Source of the DNA: Alphaproteobacteria bacterium
GTDB lineage: Bacteria > Pseudomonadota > Alphaproteobacteria > CACIAM-22H2
Reading direction: 5' to 3'
Assembly: GCA_035506575.1 (NCBI GenBank)
Contig: DATJPD010000114.1
Span: 734-64,733, forward strand
DNA: 64,000 nt
Part shown: piece after piece, positions 58,096 to 64,000 of the stretch
Layout of the letters: each line of letters starts with the position of its first letter
How positions within the stretch are numbered: the stretch's first letter is position 1
The notes under the pieces: model-generated
Databases searched by the model: none
What the model was told of the DNA's origin: nothing
What the model saw: only the letters and a program-made list of their open reading frames with translations
Program-made: the position numbers and the translations under genes

Positions 58096-58973
58096 AGCTC
58101 CCCCGCGACCGGGTCCCGTATTCCGCCATCGTCGACCGCCCCAAGCTGAAGCTGCCCGACGGCGGCCGTCTGATCGTGTGGACCATGGTCAACGTCGAGG
58201 AGTGGGGGATCGAGCGGCCGATGCCGCGCACGGTTCTGCCGCCGCCGATGGGCCAGCCTTTGCTGCCCGACCTGCCCAACTGGGCGTGGCACGAGTACGG
58301 CATGCGGGTCGGCTTCTGGCGCTTCCATGAGTGTTTCACCAGCCGAAACATCACCCCCACGCTCGCGATCAATGGCTCGGTCTGCCAGTCCTATCCGCGC
58401 GTGGCGCAGGCCGCTCTCGATGCCGGGTGGGAGTTCCTGGGCCACGGCTACGTGCAGGGGCCGATGCACAAGGTCGAAGACCAGCGCGCCGCCATCCGCC
58501 AGACCGCCGAGGCGATCCGCAAGCTGACGGGCAGGAAGATGCGCGGCTGGGAGAGTCCCGGCCTGACCGAGACCTATGAGACCATCGACTTTCTCGCGGC
58601 CGAGGGCGTGGAATACGTGGCCGACTGGGTACTCGACGACCAGCCGTGCGAGATCGCGACGGCCTCCGGTCCGATCGTCTCGATCCCCTATACGGTCGAG
58701 ACCAACGACATCGCGATGATGGCGCTGCAGCACCATGCGGCCGAAGAGATGCTTCGGCGCTCGATCGACCAGTTCGACCGTCTTTACGAGGAGAGCGGCG
58801 CGATCACGCGGGTGATGTGCGTCAGCCTGCATCCCTATATCAGCGGCGTGCCGCACCGGATCAAATACGTCGAGCAACTCTACGACTACATGCAGCGTCG
58901 CCCGGACGTCCTGTTCTGGACGGGCGAGCAGGTGCTCGACTGGTACAAGGCGGCGCGCAAGGAACCATCATGA
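58092..58973 (+). CDS. polysaccharide deacetylase-like hydrolase (PuuE/allantoinase-like subfamily)
   Basis: NodB-like fold and an N-terminal pattern LIVWTMVNVEEWG resembling PuuE. Overlaps the previous gene by 4 nt. Confidence 0.6.
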   Translation: MKLPRDRVPYSAIVDRPKLKLPDGGRLIVWTMVNVEEWGIERPMPRTVLPPPMGQPLLPDLPNWAWHEYGMRVGFWRFHECFTSRNITPTLAINGSVCQSYPRVAQAALDAGWEFLGHGYVQGPMHKVEDQRAAIRQTAEAIRKLTGRKMRGWESPGLTETYETIDFLAAEGVEYVADWVLDDQPCEIATASGPIVSIPYTVETNDIAMMALQHHAAEEMLRRSIDQFDRLYEESGAITRVMCVSLHPYISGVPHRIKYVEQLYDYMQRRPDVLFWTGEQVLDWYKAARKEPS

Positions 58974-59380
58974 AAGACACGTTGCGCCCGGGCCTCGCGA
59001 GCGAGGCCAAGATCACGGTCGACGACACGCGGGTCACGGCGATCCTCGGCCCCGACATGAAGGTGTACGCGACGCCGTTCATGATCCGCGATATCGAGCG
59101 CACCTGCCGCGACCTGATCTTGGCGCATGTCGATCCGGGCGAGGATAGCGTGGGCGCCAAGGTCGAGGTCGAGCATCTGGCACCGGCTCTGCCGGGCAGC
59201 GAGGTGACGGTCTCGGTCAAGCTCGTCGAGATGAACGGCCGCCGATTGCGCTTCGCCGCCTCGGTGCGCGACGCGATCGACGAGATCGGGCGCGGTCATC
59301 ACGAGCGGTTCGTGGTCGAGGTGGCCAAGGCACGCGCCCGCCAGGAGAAGAAGCGCGCGCAGCTGCAGGGCGTGCGTTGA
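58970..59380 (+). CDS. hotdog-fold acyl-CoA thioesterase (FlK/4HBT-like)
   Basis: 136 aa. VKLVEMNGRRLRFAASVRDAIDEIGRGHHERFVV closely parallels the catalytic region of fluoroacetyl-CoA thioesterase FlK as recalled. ATGA overlap. Confidence 0.6.
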   Translation: MKDTLRPGLASEAKITVDDTRVTAILGPDMKVYATPFMIRDIERTCRDLILAHVDPGEDSVGAKVEVEHLAPALPGSEVTVSVKLVEMNGRRLRFAASVRDAIDEIGRGHHERFVVEVAKARARQEKKRAQLQGVR

Positions 59381-60555
59381 GCCCACTCGACGGCATCACG
59401 GTCGTCGCCCTCGAGCAGGCCGTCGCCGCACCGTTCGCCACCCGTCAGCTCGCGGATCTGGGAGCCCGGGTCATCAAAATCGAACGGCCGGGGAGCGGGG
59501 ATTTCGCCCGCCAGTACGATCGTACCGTGAAGGGCCTCTCCAGCCATTTCGTGTGGCTGAACCGTTCGAAGGAATCCCTGACGCTCGATCTCAAGCACGA
59601 CCGCGCCAAGACGATCCTGTGGGAGCTGGTCGCACGCGCCGACGTGTTCATCCAGAACCTCGCGCCGGGCGCCACCGTGCGGCTGGGCTTCGGCGCCGAG
59701 GCGCTTCGGTCGCGCCACCCTCGGCTCATCGCCTGCGATGTGTCGGGTTACGGGCCGGACGGCCCCTATCGGGACAAGAAGGCGTATGACCTGCTCGTCC
59801 AGGCGGAGACGGGACTTCTGGCGATCACCGGCATCGGCGACCAGCCGGCCAAGGCCGGTATTCCCGTCGCCGATATCGCCGCCGGCATGTACGCCTACAG
59901 CGGCATCCTGGCCGGCTTGTTCCTGCGCGAGCGTACCGGGCAAGGGACGGCCCTCCAGGTCTCCCTGATGGACGCGCTGGCCGAATGGATGGGCTACCCC
60001 GCCTATTACACCGGCTATGGCGGCAAGGCGCCGGTGCGCGCCGGGGCTTCGCATGCGGCGATCGCGCCCTACGGCCCGTTCGCCACCGGCGACGACAAGG
60101 TCGTCCTGCTGTCCATCCAGAACGAGCGCGAGTGGCGGGCGTTCTGCGAGGTGGTCCTCGAAGAGCCCGGCATGGCGACCGACCCGGCGTTTTGCGGCAG
60201 TGCCGAGCGGGTGCAGAACCGCGCCGAGCTCCATCGCCGGATCGATGCGGTGTTCCAGACCCTCACCGTCGATGCGGTGACCGAGCGGCTGGAGCGCGCG
60301 CGTGTCGCCTATTCGCGCATGCGCACCGTGGAGGAATTCCTGAAGCACCCGCAGCTCGCGGCGCGCCACCGCTGGGGTGAGATCGACAGCCCGGTCGGCC
60401 GGCTGTGGGCGTTGCGGCCGCCTGTCGACTTCGCTGGCATAGAGCCTGTCCTGGGATCCGTGCCGGAGGTCGGCCACCATAACGCCGATATTCTCCGTGA
60501 GCTCGGCTATGACGCCGCCCAGATCGCAGCCCTCCGGGCTGACGGCGTCATTTAG
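59377..60555 (+). CDS. CoA-transferase family III (CaiB/BaiF) protein
   Basis: ITVVALEQAVAAPFATRQLADLGARVIKIE N-terminus, catalytic Asp region AYDLLVQAETGLL. TTG start overlapping the upstream stop. Confidence 0.85.
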   Translation: MSPLDGITVVALEQAVAAPFATRQLADLGARVIKIERPGSGDFARQYDRTVKGLSSHFVWLNRSKESLTLDLKHDRAKTILWELVARADVFIQNLAPGATVRLGFGAEALRSRHPRLIACDVSGYGPDGPYRDKKAYDLLVQAETGLLAITGIGDQPAKAGIPVADIAAGMYAYSGILAGLFLRERTGQGTALQVSLMDALAEWMGYPAYYTGYGGKAPVRAGASHAAIAPYGPFATGDDKVVLLSIQNEREWRAFCEVVLEEPGMATDPAFCGSAERVQNRAELHRRIDAVFQTLTVDAVTERLERARVAYSRMRTVEEFLKHPQLAARHRWGEIDSPVGRLWALRPPVDFAGIEPVLGSVPEVGHHNADILRELGYDAAQIAALRADGVI

Positions 60556-60705
60556 TACCGAAGCACCGCAGTCGGCCGATCACAGCACCTTGTCCGCGAG
60601 CCCGGCTTGCAACTCGGCCTGTGCGACACAGGTCTTTTTGACAGCCGAATCTGCCCCACTTGGGCGGGGATGCGCAAAAACTAAGTCGAGAGCCGGAGGG
60701 TTGCG

Positions 60706-60975
60706 ATGTCCGGGGCCAGTCGCAGAGTCTCGATCCTGATCAATATGGAGCTCGATCACAAGGTATCGCAGGACGAGGCCGACGAGATCGCCAACCGGCT
60801 CGAGGCAATTCCGCAAGATGAGCTGTGGCCGAGCTTGCTGGAAGACGCCGGCGTGCACGCGAGCGTGATCTCGATCGATGCGGAGGTCGTCGACCTCGAC
60901 GAGTTCGAGGGCGGCGACGATGACGAGCTCGACGACGATGAAGACGAGGCCGATCCGTCGCCCGAACCCGACTAG
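60706..60975 (+). CDS. hypothetical small protein with poly-acidic C-terminal tail
   Basis: 89 aa (or 76 aa from MELDHK at 60745). C-terminus DLDEFEGGDDDELDDDEDEADPSPEPD. Confidence 0.4.
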   Translation: MSGASRRVSILINMELDHKVSQDEADEIANRLEAIPQDELWPSLLEDAGVHASVISIDAEVVDLDEFEGGDDDELDDDEDEADPSPEPD

Positions 60976-60998
60976 AGCGGCCGGCCCGGCGACCGGTT

Positions 60999-61820
60999 CT
61001 AGGACGCCTTGCCGTAGACGTGTTCAGCGCCCGGGAAGCGGCGCGCGCGCACGTCGTCGGCGTAGGCCGTGGCAGCAGCGGTGATGAGCGGGGCCAGCTC
61101 CGCGTAGCGCTTCACGAAACGGGGCTTGATGTCGCTCACGAGGCCCAGGACGTCGTCGATCACCAGAACCTGGCCGTCGCAGGCCGACGAGGCGCCGATG
61201 CCGATGGTCGGAATATCGATGGCGGCCGTGGCGGCCCGGGCGACCGGCTCGGCCGTGCCCTCGATCACGACGGCGAACGCGCCGGCCTCGGCCACGGCGC
61301 GGGCGTCGGCCAGGATCTTGGCCTGGCCCTCATCGGAGCGGCCCTGCACGCGGAATCCGCCGATGGCATTCACCGACTGAGGCTGCAGGCCGATATGCGC
61401 CAGCACCGGCACGCCCCGCTCGACGAGGAAGCGGATGGTCTCCGTCATCTCGACCCCGCCTTCGATCTTGACCCCGGCACAGCCGGTCTCCGCCATCACG
61501 CGCGCCGAGGCGCGGAACGCGTCGGCGGGCGAGGCCTGGTAGCTGCCGAAGGGAAGGTCGACGATCACGCACGCTTGCTGCGACGCGCGCACGACGGCGG
61601 CTCCGTGGGCGATCATGAGGTCGAGGGTGACCGGGATGGTGCTGTCGAAGCCGTACAGCACCATGCCCAGCGAATCACCTACGAGCAGCAGGTCGACGAC
61701 GGGGTCTAGGAGGCGTGCGATCGGCGCGGTATAGGCGGTCAAGGAGACCACCGGGACCTTGCCCTTGTGCGCGCGAATGTCGGCGGGCGTCTTGCGCCGG
61801 GTGACGATGGGGGTGCTCAC
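60999..61820 (-). CDS. panB: 3-methyl-2-oxobutanoate hydroxymethyltransferase
   Basis: [33 protein letters not shown] are canonical PanB. 273 aa. Confidence 0.9.
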   Translation of the reverse strand: MSTPIVTRRKTPADIRAHKGKVPVVSLTAYTAPIARLLDPVVDLLLVGDSLGMVLYGFDSTIPVTLDLMIAHGAAVVRASQQACVIVDLPFGSYQASPADAFRASARVMAETGCAGVKIEGGVEMTETIRFLVERGVPVLAHIGLQPQSVNAIGGFRVQGRSDEGQAKILADARAVAEAGAFAVVIEGTAEPVARAATAAIDIPTIGIGASSACDGQVLVIDDVLGLVSDIKPRFVKRYAELAPLITAAATAYADDVRARRFPGAEHVYGKAS

Positions 61821-62048
61821 GGGGGCATCCTCGCCTCAGCTATGACACAACTCCGGGGGACTATAGCGCCCTTCCTTTGGAATCAATGCCTTGATTTGCG
61901 CATAGCTGGTCGGTTTTGGTAGGACCGATCACATGAACGGCATTTAATGATTTCGACATAGGCGATTTACCGCGCGGCGACTAGATACCTGCGATATTTA
62001 CTTGCTCCGGCTCCGTCAGCCCCTTCCACCCGCAGTTCAGGACGACCA

Positions 62049-63815
62049 ATGAAACGCCTCGCCCAACTCCTGCGTAACACCTGGTGGCTGACCAAGCCGT
62101 ACTTCACCTCCGAGGACCGATGGGCGGCGATCGGGCTCCTTGCCCTTCTCGTGGGCCTCAACCTGGGCAGCGTCTATCTCAACGTCTTGTTCACGGAGTG
62201 GAACAACCTCTTCTATACGGCGCTGCAAAAGAAGGATTGGCCGGTTTTCATTCATCAGCTGCTGCGCTTCTCCTGGCTCGCGGCGCTGTTCATCGTCGCG
62301 GCCGTGTATCAGATCTACTTCAACCAGATGCTGCAGATCCGCTGGCGCAAATGGCTGACGCGGCGCTACCTGGATCTATGGTTGGACCGGCGCGCCTATT
62401 ATCGGATGCAGCTTGCCAATGGGACGACCGACAACCCCGATCAGCGAATCTCCGACGACCTCCGCCTGTTCGTCGGGCAGACCCTGACATTGTCGCTCGG
62501 CCTCATGAGCGCAGTCGTGACGCTGGTCTCGTTCCTTGGAATGCTCTGGCTCCTGTCTGGCGCCTTCAGCTTCACGTTGTTCGGCCACGAGATGACCATT
62601 CCCGGCTATATGGTGTGGTTTGCCCTCGGCTACGCGGTGGTCGGCACCTGGCTGACGAATCTGGTCGGCCGCAAGCTCATCCGGCTCAATTTCGACCAGC
62701 AGCGCTACGAAGCCGATTTCCGCTTCAGTCTCATCCGCGTGCGCGAGAATGCGGATGCGATCGCCCTCGATGCCGGCGAGCCGAATGAAAAACGCGGCCT
62801 GTTGGAGCGGTTCACCTCCGTCGTCGGAAATTGGTGGGCGATCATGCGGGCGCAGAAGCAGCTGACTTGGTTGACCGCCGGCTACAATCAAATCGCCATC
62901 ATTTTCCCGTTCGTGGTCGCAAGCCCCGGCTATTTTTCGGGCAAGTTCGAGCTGGGCATCCTGATGCAGACTGCCTCCGCCTTCGGCCAGGTCCAGTCGT
63001 CGCTGAGCTACATCGTGAATGCGTACACCGACCTCGCGTCATGGGCGGCGGTGGTCGATCGACTGTCTCAGTTCCACGAGGTGACTGAAACAGCCAACAA
63101 GGTCACGGGAGGATTGGCGATAACGCGCTCCAATCAACCCGGCGTGTCCCTCGACAACGTGACCATCGACTTGCCGGGCGCGACACCGTTGTTGTCAGCA
63201 GCGCATCTGGACTTGGCGCCCGGCCGGTCGACCCTGGTGACGGGGCCGTCGGGATCAGGCAAGAGCACCTTGTTTCGCGCCCTCGCCGGCATCTGGCCAT
63301 TCGGCTCCGGCACGGTACGCATTCCGGCCGAGGCCCGCGTGATGTTCCTGCCGCAGCGGCCCTATCTGCCGCTCGGAACGTTGCGCGAGGTGCTGACCTA
63401 TCCGCAAGGCCCGGACGGTGTCAGCGACGACCGGTTGCGCGAAATCCTGCGCCTGTGCCGGCTGCCCGACCTGGCGACCCGCCTCGATGAGTCCCGGCAC
63501 TGGGCCCTGACGTTGTCGCCCGGCGAGCAGCAGCGCGTCGCCTTCGCGCGCGTGTTCCTGCAGAAGCCCGATTGGCTGTTCGTGGACGAGGCCACGGCGC
63601 AGCTCGACGAAGCGACCGAGCGCGAGCTCTACGGCCGGGTGGCGCACGAGTTGCCGCGCACCACCGTGATCAGCATCGGCCACCGGTCGACATTGCGTGC
63701 CTTCCATACGGATCATGTCGCGATCGAGAAGGAGCCTGGCGCGCGGCGCGGGCAGGTGGTCCGCGATACGGCAGCCGCGTCGGGGGCGGTGGCGGCGAAC
63801 GGCCTTCCGGCCTAG
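62049..63815 (+). CDS. ABC transporter fused permease/ATP-binding protein, SbmA/BacA-like (BclA/ABCD-like half transporter)
   Basis: N-terminal 6-TM SbmA_BacA-type domain (YFNQMLQIRWRKWLT). C-terminal NBD with Walker A GPSGSGKST, signature LSPGEQQRVAFARV, Walker B LFVDEAT. Confidence 0.75.
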   Translation: MKRLAQLLRNTWWLTKPYFTSEDRWAAIGLLALLVGLNLGSVYLNVLFTEWNNLFYTALQKKDWPVFIHQLLRFSWLAALFIVAAVYQIYFNQMLQIRWRKWLTRRYLDLWLDRRAYYRMQLANGTTDNPDQRISDDLRLFVGQTLTLSLGLMSAVVTLVSFLGMLWLLSGAFSFTLFGHEMTIPGYMVWFALGYAVVGTWLTNLVGRKLIRLNFDQQRYEADFRFSLIRVRENADAIALDAGEPNEKRGLLERFTSVVGNWWAIMRAQKQLTWLTAGYNQIAIIFPFVVASPGYFSGKFELGILMQTASAFGQVQSSLSYIVNAYTDLASWAAVVDRLSQFHEVTETANKVTGGLAITRSNQPGVSLDNVTIDLPGATPLLSAAHLDLAPGRSTLVTGPSGSGKSTLFRALAGIWPFGSGTVRIPAEARVMFLPQRPYLPLGTLREVLTYPQGPDGVSDDRLREILRLCRLPDLATRLDESRHWALTLSPGEQQRVAFARVFLQKPDWLFVDEATAQLDEATERELYGRVAHELPRTTVISIGHRSTLRAFHTDHVAIEKEPGARRGQVVRDTAAASGAVAANGLPA

Positions 63816-63866
63816 GTGCGAGTCTGCCGGGCCGGTCTATGCTACAAAGGGCGCGGGGGAGAGTCC

Positions 63867-64000
63867 GATGGCCCCGCGCGACGACCAGGTTCCTGTGCTT
63901 TGCCGTGATTGTCTGTGGCATGCCGGGGGCGGCGCTGATGAGCGCTGCATCCGCTGCGGCTCGATGCGCCTCTTGCGCCATCCCGAGCTCGATTCGCTCA
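63867..64000 (+). CDS. 5' fragment of an ORF running off the window (Cys-rich N-terminus CRDCLWH...CIRCGS)
   Basis: ATG preceded by GGGGGAGAG. Only ~44 codons are visible. Confidence 0.2.

Overview
This is a high-GC (~67%) chromosomal segment from a proteobacterium. Gene content suggests a Rhizobiales-type alphaproteobacterium: extensin-like lipoprotein, a DUF2849/DUF934 sulfite-reductase cluster, several Bug/TctC binding proteins and a long-form UrtB. About 60 genes are densely packed, with no rRNA, tRNA, CRISPR, IS or phage genes recognisable, so this is core metabolic chromosome rather than an accessory island.

The main blocks, in order:
- 1-3155: the 3' end of a NitT/TauT-type ABC importer (ATPase, binding protein, two permeases).
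- 3176-5232: a secreted LVIVD-repeat beta-propeller protein in the same operon, followed by a convergent SCO1/SenC.
- 5229-13578: assorted catabolic genes (TctC binding proteins, M24 peptidase, SDR, alkaline-phosphatase-family protein, LacI regulator, HIBADH-like dehydrogenase).
- 13817-24928: a contiguous urtABCDE-ureDABCEFG array for urea uptake and hydrolysis, with a sigma-54-like promoter, an attenuator-like hairpin and an unannotated 34-codon membrane-peptide ORF between urtD and urtE.
- 24933-33074: an arn (L-Ara4N lipid modification) cluster, arnT plus arnB-arnC-arnA(FT)-arnA(DH)-arnD, with arnA split into two genes.
- 33071-38384: MFS transporter, MetE-like methyltransferase, and an FNT channel followed by a PP2C-phosphatase/Ser-Thr-kinase fusion.
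- 38511-45803: LysR and PhyH-like genes, then the sulfur assimilation cluster cysG-DUF2849-cysI-DUF934-cysH and a TauE exporter.
- 46542-50910: RND efflux pair.
- 51049-54892: ADH-TctC-IlvD/EDD operon.
- 54896-56091: receiver plus extensin-like pair.
- 56509-60555: a five-gene overlapping operon (class II aldolase, alpha/beta hydrolase, PuuE-like deacetylase, FlK-like thioesterase, CoA-transferase).
- 60999-63815: panB and a BacA/SbmA-like fused ABC transporter.

The most interesting items are that five-gene operon of unknown pathway, the small ORF inside the urt operon, the LVIVD protein coupled to an ABC importer, and the FNT/phosphatase-kinase pair.

All calls come from reading the supplied translations and sequence; no database searches were run. 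Many long minus-strand ORFs are antisense artefacts of the high GC content.
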